Source: a virus
Lineage: Duplodnaviria > Caudoviricetes
Virus record (IMG/VR): IMGVR_UViG_3300037467_002484
Location: 1 to 48,668 of that record
DNA length: 48,668 nt
Reading direction: 5' to 3' (one strand)
The notes below the pieces were generated by a model. That model was not told the DNA's origin and did no database searches. It saw nothing but the letters and a program-made list of their open reading frames with translations. How positions within the stretch are numbered: position 1 is the stretch's first letter; every line of letters begins with the position of its first letter. Shown here piece after piece: positions 17,032-25,072 of the stretch. The position numbers and the translations under genes were made by a program.

Positions 17032-17530
17032 GGCTAAGTTCCTTGTTGGCTTGGCGAAGACGACGGCGGACGCACTGCGCCCAGTTGATGCAGACAGCGG
17101 CGAGCTGGACCACCTCGACGAGCAGCTCTTCCTCGTTGGCGAACGCTGAGATGGACTCGCTGAGCTCTTCCACCGCGATGTGACCCCATGTCATCATGCC
17201 GTTCTTGGCGGCAGCGGCACAGAGGAACTTGGCGCGCGCTTCCGACGGGATCTCGTACTCTTCCGTCATGCGCTGAGCGTCGCGCTTCGTGGCGACCAAG
17301 ATCGGATCCACTGACGGGTGGTCCTGCGGTCCCCACTGCGCGTCCTGGCGGGAAAGCTCTTCCATGACGGCGAGCAGGACCATGGCTCGGTCAGACTCGA
17401 TCGGCATGGTGGTCAGGCGAGCGTGGAGACTATTGTGCGTCTCCAGCCACTGAGTGGCCTGCTCCTTGGTGCATTCGCCGTTCAGCAGCATGTTGGCGAT
17501 GTCGATGGGGGCGGGGGTGAGGCCGTTCAT
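17024..17530 (-). CDS. Second MazG-like (all-alpha NTP-PPase) protein
   Basis: E..RQDAQWG.Q.H, W..I..EE..E, E.VQLAAV...W pattern. Confidence 0.65.
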   Translation of the reverse strand: MNGLTPAPIDIANMLLNGECTKEQATQWLETHNSLHARLTTMPIESDRAMVLLAVMEELSRQDAQWGPQDHPSVDPILVATKRDAQRMTEEYEIPSEARAKFLCAAAAKNGMMTWGHIAVEELSESISAFANEEELLVEVVQLAAVCINWAQCVRRRLRQANKELSHA

Positions 17531-17910
17531 GCCGAGTGCTCCGTCGGCGGATTAGGCTCGGGCTTGTAGATGCTGAAGCCGTGGCTTTCAAGCACCTTGC
17601 GCGCCTGATCCAGCTCGTCGGCCTCCATCTCTCGGATCTCAGCGGCTTCGCGTTTCATACGACGTTGCTTGACCGAGTAGCCACTGACACCGGCAAGCTT
17701 GGCGTAGTTCTCGCGGTCCTCGTTCGTGTATGCATTGCTGAGAAGATCGACATTCAGCCTGATGGTCTTTCGTCCGATGTACACGACAGCCTGATCGACC
17801 TTGGCAATGATGGTTCCACGCTTGTGCTTGGGAATCACCAGTGTCACGTTCTCGTAGCGGCCCGGCGCGAGTCCGGCCATCATGAGCGTATCGTCGATGC
17901 TATTCTTCAT
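17527..17910 (-). CDS. Hypothetical protein
   Basis: ATG 17910 with GGAGG upstream; overlaps both neighbours. Confidence 0.65.
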   Translation of the reverse strand: MKNSIDDTLMMAGLAPGRYENVTLVIPKHKRGTIIAKVDQAVVYIGRKTIRLNVDLLSNAYTNEDRENYAKLAGVSGYSVKQRRMKREAAEIREMEADELDQARKVLESHGFSIYKPEPNPPTEHSA

Positions 17911-18205
17911 CCTCAGCCCCTCCTGTTTTGCCGGTGCCTCCGCATGAGGCGCAGCGCATGGTGATGGTGTTCCAGCCGCGCGTCTTCTCTCGCTTGCCGG
18001 ATCCGTTGCAGTCCGGGCAGGGCTTCGGCTTGGCCAGCTCCTGCTCGATCTTGCGATGGGCCTCACGCAGCTGGATGAATGTGTCAGCGTCGCCGCCCTT
18101 GTCTGGATGGTGCTTCGACCTCAGGTCGCGCCACCGCTCGGTCAACTGCTCGAGCGTACACTCCTCGCCGAGCTCCAGCAGCTCGTACGCCTCGCTGAGT
18201 CTCAT
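17900..18205 (-). CDS. J-domain (DnaJ-like) protein with CxxCxGxG zinc finger
   Basis: AYELLEL, HHPDKGGD (HPD motif), CPDCNGSG and CASCGGTG. Confidence 0.88.
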   Translation of the reverse strand: MRLSEAYELLELGEECTLEQLTERWRDLRSKHHPDKGGDADTFIQLREAHRKIEQELAKPKPCPDCNGSGKREKTRGWNTITMRCASCGGTGKTGGAEDEE

Positions 18206-18393
18206 GGCTGCCTCCTTGGCATCTTCCTCGGTCGGGCAGGGAGGGTTCCTCCGTCCTTGCCGCCGATGAACATCAGAACCTCGCGCACGGCCGCGTTTTG
18301 AGGGAGCTTCTGGATCCTGCCGCCGTTGGCTAGGAACTCCTCGACGTCTTTGGCCAGCTGCTCTCGAGCGTGGCCGTGGCGAGTCGTGCTCAT
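18202..18393 (-). CDS. SutA-like putative RNA-polymerase-binding protein
   Basis: REQLAKDVEEFLANGGRIQKL resembles my recollection of the Pseudomonas SutA core RDALAKAMEEFLSRGGKVQEI. Confidence 0.65.
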   Translation of the reverse strand: MSTTRHGHAREQLAKDVEEFLANGGRIQKLPQNAAVREVLMFIGGKDGGTLPARPRKMPRRQP

Positions 18394-18396
18394 GGA

Positions 18397-18972
18397 TCAA
18401 CCCACCTTGTCCGGGCCGAAGTGCTTCTCGAACTCACGGTTGTCGCCGTCAGCCGCCTCGCCAGCAAGCGCGAAGTACGCTGCACCATCCTCGTAATCGT
18501 CCGGGTTGTGGCCGCCGGCCGAGGCACGCGCCATCTTCAGGACGACCATGAACTGCCAGCCCTGCACCTCGGTCAGGTGGGTACCGAACATGGCGTTGAA
18601 CGCCTTGACGGTCCGTGCCATCGAGCGCTCGCCGCCGAGGCAGTCGCGCGAAGCGGCTCGGGCAGCAATGTGCTCAGCGCCAGCGGTAAGGATCATCGGA
18701 GCCGTGACCGGCGCTGGCGCCTTTTCAGGCTGCGACTTGTCCACGTCCATCATCGCCTGCTCCTGCTGCTCGATTTCCTGAGCGACGCGGAGGACGTGGT
18801 TGCTTTCGCTCATCGCAGCTTTGATGATTTCGGAACCGCGACGGCTGTTGAGCAGGTCAGCGATGGCCAAGACGACGCGGTGATCGGAGGCGACGGCTTG
18901 CTTGAGCTCGCCGGGGTTGAGGATGTCCAGCTTGTGGTGCTTGGAAAACGTTACATCTTTCTTGCCAGCCAT
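18397..18972 (-). CDS. DUF6378-domain protein
   Basis: ERSMARTV.AFN, GW.FM..LK.AR, DDYED.AAY.AL.GE signature. Confidence 0.78.
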   Translation of the reverse strand: MAGKKDVTFSKHHKLDILNPGELKQAVASDHRVVLAIADLLNSRRGSEIIKAAMSESNHVLRVAQEIEQQEQAMMDVDKSQPEKAPAPVTAPMILTAGAEHIAARAASRDCLGGERSMARTVKAFNAMFGTHLTEVQGWQFMVVLKMARASAGGHNPDDYEDGAAYFALAGEAADGDNREFEKHFGPDKVG

Positions 18973-18973
18973 G

Positions 18974-19189
18974 TCAGGCTCCATTTGTGTCGATGAATCC
19001 CATCGGATGACGGGTGATTTGCGCGTCGTCGGCAGGAGACTTGGGACCGACCACCTCGATGCTGAGCTTGGGGTCCGGAACGGATCCGGAACCCCAGTGC
19101 AGCGTGACGGTGAGCATCGCGCCGCTCTTGAAGTTCAGCTTGAGGTGGTTGTTGTCGTGCTCGTAACCAGACACCTCTTCGCCGATCAT
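18974..19189 (-). CDS. Hypothetical protein
   Basis: ATGA overlap with upstream gene; MIGEEVSGYEHD. Confidence 0.6.
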   Translation of the reverse strand: MIGEEVSGYEHDNNHLKLNFKSGAMLTVTLHWGSGSVPDPKLSIEVVGPKSPADDAQITRHPMGFIDTNGA

Positions 19190-19407
19190 TTGTCGCCGAC
19201 CAGCTTCTTCTCGGATTCCTTCATCAGGTCGTTGAGGAAGGGGATGAGCTCGGCCTTGGCGGTCGGGATCTCGATCTCGTCGATCTTGACGTCCTTCTTG
19301 TTGGCGCCGTGATTCTCGATGAGCTCGTTCTTCTGCTCCTTTGCGCCAGCCATCGCACCAGCGAACCGCATCTTCGTGTTGCACGAAATCTTGTAGCCAC
19401 GTGCCAT
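19186..19407 (-). CDS. Hypothetical protein
   Basis: GGCTGAGGAG RBS; strong codon bias. Confidence 0.75.
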   Translation of the reverse strand: MARGYKISCNTKMRFAGAMAGAKEQKNELIENHGANKKDVKIDEIEIPTAKAELIPFLNDLMKESEKKLVGDK

Positions 19408-19439
19408 GATGTTTCTCCTCAGCCTGTGAGTGTCGTAGG

Positions 19440-19479
19440 AAAAAGAAGCCCGCCAACCTGATGAGAAGTGGGCGGGCTT
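19440..19479 (-). terminator. Rho-independent terminator
   Basis: AAGCCCGCC...GGCGGGCTT stem followed by CTTTTT on the minus strand. Confidence 0.72.
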
Positions 19480-19516
19480 AAAGTCCGCTGCGAGCGGAGG
19501 GTTCTTTGAGCTGCGA

Positions 19517-19717
19517 TCAGCCGGCGATCGGCGAGGCGAGCTCGGCCTGGAGGGACTTGAGCGCGCCGGTCACCGCCTTCTTCTCGACCTTGTCTTCCAG
19601 GCCCTTGGCGGCGTCGAGCGCGTTCTTCACGATGGTCTTGACGCGCTTCTGCTCGTCCTTCACGGCGCGGCTCACGGCCTTGTCGATCGCGGCGGTGTTC
19701 GTCTCGTTCTTGCTCAT
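19517..19717 (-). CDS. Small Lys/Ala-rich early protein
   Basis: GAGGAG RBS; lies alone between the promoter at 19775-19803 and the terminator at 19440-19479. Confidence 0.75.
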   Translation of the reverse strand: MSKNETNTAAIDKAVSRAVKDEQKRVKTIVKNALDAAKGLEDKVEKKAVTGALKSLQAELASPIAG

Positions 19718-19774
19718 CTTGCAGCTCCTCAGTGTGATGCCGACCCAATGCCGGCTTTGGTTGAGACGAGCTCG

Positions 19775-19812
19775 ACTCTAGTAGGAGTGAACCCATCTGT
19801 AAATAGTGAATT
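19775..19812 (-). promoter_or_regulatory. Sigma70-type promoter TTTACA-17-TAGAGT
   Basis: -35 at 19803-19798, -10 at 19780-19775; AT-rich upstream; same -35 as the other two. Confidence 0.7.
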
Positions 19813-19814
19813 AC

Positions 19815-21911
19815 TTAATATTTTGCGCCAGCGCCTTTGTGAGCCTTGCCGTCGCCGTCCACATGCGCAGCCAGCTCGGTGTGGCTCGCCTTCGCCCACT
19901 TGTCGTGGTTACGCAGCACGTAGTACCGGTCTTGCCCGGACTTGGTCCGAATGGGGCGACCGTCAAGGGCCTGCGTAGCGCCAGCGCGCCGAAGCTCGCG
20001 GCCCAGGCCATTCGCTGTCGTGCGTGTGCGCTGCATCGGGTCATAGAGCTGAAGCAGCTCGTGGTTTGTGAACAGGTCCTTCTTGAGCGGAATCTCGCCG
20101 ATCTTCAGCAGCGTGTCGGGGTCCTGCAGCAGCTTGCGCACCCAAGCGCCGAGGTCGGACCGTACGTCTGCCTGCATGCGCTCCTTGGCCAGGGTCTTCA
20201 TGGCGCGTCCGGCGGGGTTGAAGTCGGCCAGATCCAGCTTCAGGAGGAAGTCGAACACCGCCTCAGCGCCGCCTGAGTCCAGCCACATCGCGTAGTCGAC
20301 GTACCACGCCTCAGGCATCGGCTCGACCGTCACCTCGTGGATGAAGAAGCGGCGGTCATCGTCCTCCAGGAAGAAGGCGTCTGGCTGATTCGACGTGAAG
20401 AAGTAGTTGATGCAGTCCGGCACCTCGTAGCTCGGCACGTACTTGGGGTTGACGCGGACGATCTCCTGCGTGATCAGCGTCTTCAAGATGTCCGCGTCGA
20501 TGCGGCTGTCCGACCCAGTCACGTCGTCGCCCAGCACGAACTGCTTGTTCTGCGCCCACTCGTTGAAGGAGCCGTGCAGATCCTTCTGCTTGATCATGGT
20601 GAAGTTGTCACCGTAGATCTTGCTCATCGTGTGGCCGACCAGCGACTTGCCGGTGCCGTGCCTTCGGCCCCAGATGACCACGCTCGTGAAGAGCTTGGCG
20701 CCAGGATACTGGAGCGGATACGCCAGCCACTTGAGCAGCCACGTCGTTGCCGCGCTGTCCGACCCGGCGAAAAGGTGCTGCAGCAGGTGGAGGAACGGTG
20801 TAACATCGCCCTTCTTCGGGGAGACGCCCCAACCACACCACTCGTTGTAGTACGTCAGCGCCCCGGTTCCGTTGACGAAGCGCGGCTTGCCGGGCAGGTA
20901 GCTGATCTTGCTCACCGAGCTGCGCAGCGGCCACTTGAGCCACTCGGCACCGGCCGAGGCACGCTTGTACTTGACCTTCCCGTCCGCCGTCAGCTCCTTC
21001 ACCGATACCGTGGTTGGAGCCGCCAGGTGCTCCTTCAGGGCGCCCGGCTTGTGCTTCGCCTGGGTGTGCTGGTCGATGATCAGGCCGGGGTTGGCGACGT
21101 ACACGAACCGCTGGTTGAGGTCGAAGAGCGGCTTCACCAAGCCGATGTGCTCGGCCTGCTTGAGGACCTCGACGAACTCCTCCTTGCACTTGTCGCCGTG
21201 GAAGAGCAGGAAGTCGTCCAGCCCCACCTTCTCCCCGGACCCCAGCACCTCGGGCAGCCACACGACGTGGACGAAGGCCCCACGCTGCTGGAGCTCGTAG
21301 CACAGCTCCTCCAAGGCGGCAAGGACGTTCTGGTTGCTGGCCAGGTCCGAGTCGAAGACGACGTAGACGTTGCGTCGCAGCCACTCGAACTGCTCGAGCT
21401 CCTTGACGAAGGAGATGCCGTACTTGTTGGACCGGAAGTTCCAGACGCCACCGAGCCCGATGGTGGGGAAGCCCTCCTTGCACGCCTTGGCGGCCTTGAG
21501 CTCGCCCTCGGTGATGATGATGCTGGTCCCGACGTCGGGAAGGACATCGCCCCAGTTGTAGCTCCTCGGCAGGTAGGCGCACGGAGCCGTGTCCGGTAGT
21601 TGGGTGTAGCGCAGCTCCTTGCCCGCCATGTCCTTGAACGAGGTGCTCTGACCCAAGAACCTGAGGCGGTAGAACGGAGGCGCCTTGGAGATGTCGGCAA
21701 CTGGATCCCCAAACGCGTCGAAGTAGTTGATCTTGATGGCGGGCTTGTTCGGCCACGCTAGGTGAAGCTGCTGGACCTCGTCGGCTTCGATGGTCTCGAG
21801 CCCGAGGAGCTCGGCGTCCTCGAAGTCGAGCCCGGAGCTCGCCAGCTTTTCTGCGAACAGTTCCCGGGTACGAGCGTTCGTAGCCGCCCGGGGCTTCTGC
21901 TTACGTGGCAT
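19815..21911 (-). CDS. DNA primase-helicase (DUF3854/TOPRIM-like primase plus D5/SF3-like helicase)
   Basis: IIITEGELKA, IGLGGVW, VVFDSD, KVGLDD; Walker A GRRHGTGKS; SNQPDA, DDRRF. Confidence 0.9.
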   Translation of the reverse strand: MPRKQKPRAATNARTRELFAEKLASSGLDFEDAELLGLETIEADEVQQLHLAWPNKPAIKINYFDAFGDPVADISKAPPFYRLRFLGQSTSFKDMAGKELRYTQLPDTAPCAYLPRSYNWGDVLPDVGTSIIITEGELKAAKACKEGFPTIGLGGVWNFRSNKYGISFVKELEQFEWLRRNVYVVFDSDLASNQNVLAALEELCYELQQRGAFVHVVWLPEVLGSGEKVGLDDFLLFHGDKCKEEFVEVLKQAEHIGLVKPLFDLNQRFVYVANPGLIIDQHTQAKHKPGALKEHLAAPTTVSVKELTADGKVKYKRASAGAEWLKWPLRSSVSKISYLPGKPRFVNGTGALTYYNEWCGWGVSPKKGDVTPFLHLLQHLFAGSDSAATTWLLKWLAYPLQYPGAKLFTSVVIWGRRHGTGKSLVGHTMSKIYGDNFTMIKQKDLHGSFNEWAQNKQFVLGDDVTGSDSRIDADILKTLITQEIVRVNPKYVPSYEVPDCINYFFTSNQPDAFFLEDDDRRFFIHEVTVEPMPEAWYVDYAMWLDSGGAEAVFDFLLKLDLADFNPAGRAMKTLAKERMQADVRSDLGAWVRKLLQDPDTLLKIGEIPLKKDLFTNHELLQLYDPMQRTRTTANGLGRELRRAGATQALDGRPIRTKSGQDRYYVLRNHDKWAKASHTELAAHVDGDGKAHKGAGAKY

Positions 21912-22273
21912 CAGTGCATTCCTCGCGGCGCGTTGCTGGTGGCCAACGCGTGGTCAATCCCGGTCCTCAGCACAGACCCACCCCGGGTTGAACAGCTAAG
22001 GTCCTCGGTCCCGGCGCCTGAGCGTCTGGGGTCTGATCCGCGGGCAGCGGCATTCGCTTGGCTGCACGGGACCGAGGACCTTAGCTGTCCTCCCATCCCC
22101 GTACTCAGCGTGGAGATGGCGCCCGCCAGGGCCGGACCTGGGCTGAGGAGGTGCAACGATCGTTGCGGCGAGGTTCCACGAGCTTCGCGTGACAAAGGCG
22201 TGGAGTGCAGCAGTGAGCGATGCGACCCTGGCGGGCAGAGTCGATAGTAGCGACGTGGGATTCGTGCGTACAT
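21911..22273 (-). CDS. Possible leader ORF coupled to the primase (may be non-coding)
   Basis: GAGGTG RBS before ATG 22273 and TGATG stop/start overlap with primase, but atypical R/S/G/P-rich composition. Confidence 0.35.
   Translation of the reverse strand: MYARIPRRYYRLCPPGSHRSLLHSTPLSREARGTSPQRSLHLLSPGPALAGAISTLSTGMGGQLRSSVPCSQANAAARGSDPRRSGAGTEDLSCSTRGGSVLRTGIDHALATSNAPRGMH
21992..22088. repeat. Perfect 22-bp inverted repeat in the primase leader
   Basis: ACAGCTAAGGTCCTCGGTCCCG (21992-22013) and its reverse complement (22067-22088); 53-bp spacer. Confidence 0.95.
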
Positions 22274-22284
22274 CGTGAGTCACC

Positions 22285-22818
22285 TCAGTACTTCTTGGCA
22301 TAGCGTGGGGAAGGCTGCTTCTTGAGCACGTCGACGGTCGCGAAAAGGTCGAGCATGGTGAGGTCAGCCTCCTCTTCAGGAACCAGCCAGAACCTGATCT
22401 GATGACCATAGCCCTCCAGACGAGCATGCGGAGCGGTGGTCACCCCGTTCGACGTGCGCTTCCGCTGGTTCATCCATCCCTCGACGGTCTCAGGAATCCG
22501 GTCCACAAACCGGCTGATCTCGTGGAGAGAGGTAAGTCCAGTCGCCAAGAGCAGAGAGTTGCCACAACCCTCCTCACCGTCGTTGACTTCAAGCGCGAAG
22601 CCGTACTGACGCTTGGCCAGTCGAGGAGGCAGATAGACGCCGGCCACAGTGTTCAAGATCTTCTTAGGCCGCTTGTCGAACAGGTACTGATGCTCCGACA
22701 ACTGGCAGCCGGCTAGCTCTAGAAGCACGCGGCAAGACTCTCTGACCTCATGCCGTCGATGTGCAGGAACAAGTGCCATAAGCTCGGTCACGGCGTTCAA
22801 AGCGTCTTGGTTCTTCAT
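22285..22818 (-). CDS. Hypothetical protein, first gene of the left arm
   Basis: GAGGG RBS; 177 aa ORF. Confidence 0.7.
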   Translation of the reverse strand: MKNQDALNAVTELMALVPAHRRHEVRESCRVLLELAGCQLSEHQYLFDKRPKKILNTVAGVYLPPRLAKRQYGFALEVNDGEEGCGNSLLLATGLTSLHEISRFVDRIPETVEGWMNQRKRTSNGVTTAPHARLEGYGHQIRFWLVPEEEADLTMLDLFATVDVLKKQPSPRYAKKY

Positions 22819-23169
22819 GGTGCCCTCTAAGGAAGAATCGAATCAAACGACTCGGGTAATCAGTGTTCACACCTATTCGGCGTCAAAGTGCGTTGACAAT
22901 CCACACTCGATTCACGGTACGCGACGCTAAGAACGTGGCCAGCGAAGCGCGTTGCCGTAGCAGATTTAGGTACCACCGACCTGTTGCGATCGCGGAAGCG
23001 ATAACTCACACCGACTCAAAGGTTGGTGCAGTGAGACCGATTCCGCAGCAGCTGCGATCGTAGCCAGATGAAAAGCAAAAAGTAATAGTGACTAAGAACG
23101 TGATAACCGCAATACTTCGCGGGCTTGATGGACGTGATGGGCTGCTCTTGCGGGCGGTGCGCAACTACA

Positions 23170-23271
23170 GGTGCAGGCAGCTAAACTCTCTTCTATTTAA
23201 GGTATTTACCCTATAGTTTTTATTTTGCTCCTCTAAACCATAAAAGAGAATAGAGTTTAAGTACCTGCACC
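23170..23271. repeat. Imperfect 29-bp inverted repeat flanking an AT-rich spacer (candidate origin)
   Basis: Arms 23170-23198 and 23243-23271 match at 24/29; 44-bp AT-rich core. Confidence 0.8.
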
Positions 23272-23425
23272 AGTTATTCCGTAGCTGAGCTACTTCTCAC
23301 ACCTTTGGTGTTATTCGCGGCCACTTGGGGCTTAGTATTCGCACACCCGCCGCGTGCTCACTCCACTGATTGCGCTCCCGGGTGTGGAAATCAGATGCAG
23401 TGATCACAGCACAGGGGACCAAGCG

Positions 23426-23911
23426 ATGCCGCGCATCACAGCTGAGGAGGCCGGCGGAAGTAACGTCGCTGCCTTGTTGGACGTCATCAAGTACGCGGAG
23501 ATCGGACCCGCGCTCATCAAGCTCTCGGACGACGGCTACAACGTACTGGTCGGATCCACTCCCACCAAGCCGCTTCTCTTCACTAGCTACGCCACCCACC
23601 CGCGCGTCTTCAACAAGCGCATGAACTCCACCGCCGCCGGCGCGTATCAGCTGCTGAGCCGCTACTACCCGCACTACACGAACCTGCTGCATCTCCGCGA
23701 CTTCTCGCCTGAGAGCCAGGATCGCATCGCCCTGCAGATGATCAAAGAGCAAGGTGCCCTCCAGTTCATCAAGGACGGCTTCTTCGGCACCGCACTGTCG
23801 TTGATCTCGAACATCTGGGCGTCCATGCCGTTCGCCACCTACGGCCAACCCACCAAGGGCATCGACGAACTCCATCAGGTCTACGTCCAAGCAGGAGGCA
23901 CCATCGCATGA
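23426..23911 (+). CDS. Endolysin, lambda R-type lytic transglycosylase
   Basis: AEIG, DGYNVLVG, HPR, STAAGAYQ, DFSPESQD, IWASMP, YGQP. Confidence 0.92.
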   Translation: MPRITAEEAGGSNVAALLDVIKYAEIGPALIKLSDDGYNVLVGSTPTKPLLFTSYATHPRVFNKRMNSTAAGAYQLLSRYYPHYTNLLHLRDFSPESQDRIALQMIKEQGALQFIKDGFFGTALSLISNIWASMPFATYGQPTKGIDELHQVYVQAGGTIA

Positions 23912-24243
23912 GCGAGCCCATCAGCACCGCCCTCGGTGTGAAGCTGAGCACCATCGTCGCCGGGTTCGCTGGCGGCATCGTTTCCCTGGCTTTCCTGAAG
24001 AACCTTACCCGTCTCCAGGCCGTCATCGCCGTGGTGACCGGGTCGCTGTGCGCCGCATATCTCACTCCCGTGGCCACTCTGAAGCTCGGCGTGTCGGCTG
24101 ACCTGCAGAATGCCGCGGCCTTCGTCATCGGTCTGTGCTCGATGAACATCGTCCCCGCCATCAAGATGGGCTTTACGGCCTGGGTCGATGGCATCGCCAG
24201 CCGCCGTCCCACGCCCTCGAAGCCTGGAGATCCCGTCCAATGA
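23908..24243 (+). CDS. Holin
   Basis: Three hydrophobic segments, AGFAGG motif, ATGA overlap with endolysin. Confidence 0.75.
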   Translation: MSEPISTALGVKLSTIVAGFAGGIVSLAFLKNLTRLQAVIAVVTGSLCAAYLTPVATLKLGVSADLQNAAAFVIGLCSMNIVPAIKMGFTAWVDGIASRRPTPSKPGDPVQ

Positions 24244-24590
24244 TCAGCCCAACCTTCATCAACCTGCTCGACTTCTTCCTGCTCGCATCCATCCTGCTCT
24301 TTGCGTTCGAGGCGCTGCGTGTCACGCACTTCAAGGCCGAGCCGCTCTGTGCGGTGGCCTTCGCGCTCATCACCATCGGCGCCTTCGGCTGGGCGATCAA
24401 CGACCTGTATGGGGTGGTCGTGCCGCTCTACGCCGTCGTCCTTCATGCCGGGTTCGCCGTCCACGTCCTTCTGCTCTACGGCAAGCAGCGTCGTTTGGCC
24501 ACCGAGCACCAACGCCGGTCGACCGATCTGCCCAGGTACACAGCCACGGTGCCTCAGTCAGTGCCGAACCCTCCGCCCAAGCATCCGTGA
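24240..24590 (+). CDS. Membrane protein of the lysis cassette (holin/antiholin-like)
   Basis: About three TM segments, basic C-terminus, ATGA overlap. Confidence 0.7.
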   Translation: MISPTFINLLDFFLLASILLFAFEALRVTHFKAEPLCAVAFALITIGAFGWAINDLYGVVVPLYAVVLHAGFAVHVLLLYGKQRRLATEHQRRSTDLPRYTATVPQSVPNPPPKHP

Positions 24591-24709
24591 ACCGCCCCTT
24601 CTTCCAAGACCTGATGCGTGGCTACCGAGCGATCGGTGTGCCCATGCTCGCGTACCGACACACGGCCACCAGCGAGCCGCTGATCGCTGCACCACAGGAG
24701 ACAAGCACC

Positions 24710-25009
24710 ATGAACCTCAAGTCCATCATCAACGCGGCAACCATCGCCTTCACCCTGCTGCCCATCGTCACCGCCTTCGTCCAGCAGGTCGAAGCCACGC
24801 TGATCAACGCGACCGGCTCCGAGAAGCTGAAGGCCGTGGCCGCCTCGGTCGACACCTACCTGGCCAAGCTCAACGCCGACGCCGAGACCATCCAGGCAGT
24901 CAAGAGCCAGCTGGAACCGATGGTCAGCGCCATGGTGACGATGTTCAACATCGCGGGCATCTTCAAGCGCAAGACCCAGGACGCCCAAGCGCCCGTTGCC
25001 GGTAAGTAA
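24710..25009 (+). CDS. Lysis-cassette protein with N-terminal TM helix
   Basis: AGGAG RBS; MNLKSIINAATIAFTLLPIV; G.EKL motif reminiscent of LL-H-type holins. Confidence 0.7.
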   Translation: MNLKSIINAATIAFTLLPIVTAFVQQVEATLINATGSEKLKAVAASVDTYLAKLNADAETIQAVKSQLEPMVSAMVTMFNIAGIFKRKTQDAQAPVAGK

Positions 25010-25020
25010 CACAGCACCTC

Positions 25021-25055
25021 AGGACCCTGGCGCTCCGGCGCTGGGGTTCTTCGTT
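25021..25055 (+). terminator. Putative terminator after lysis cassette
   Basis: ACCCTGGCGC-TCCG-GCGCTGGGGT stem, then TCTTCGTT. Confidence 0.55.
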
Positions 25056-25072
25056 CCACAGGAGGATGAGCA

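Noticed and set aside
19458-19490. CTGATGAG resembling a hammerhead ribozyme core
   Set aside because: No stem II plus GAAA follows; the word lies in the loop of a minus-strand terminator hairpin.
22881-22898. GTCAA-N6-TTGAC palindrome giving back-to-back -35-like hexamers
   Set aside because: No convincing -10 box at 16-18 bp on either strand; too short to call an operator.
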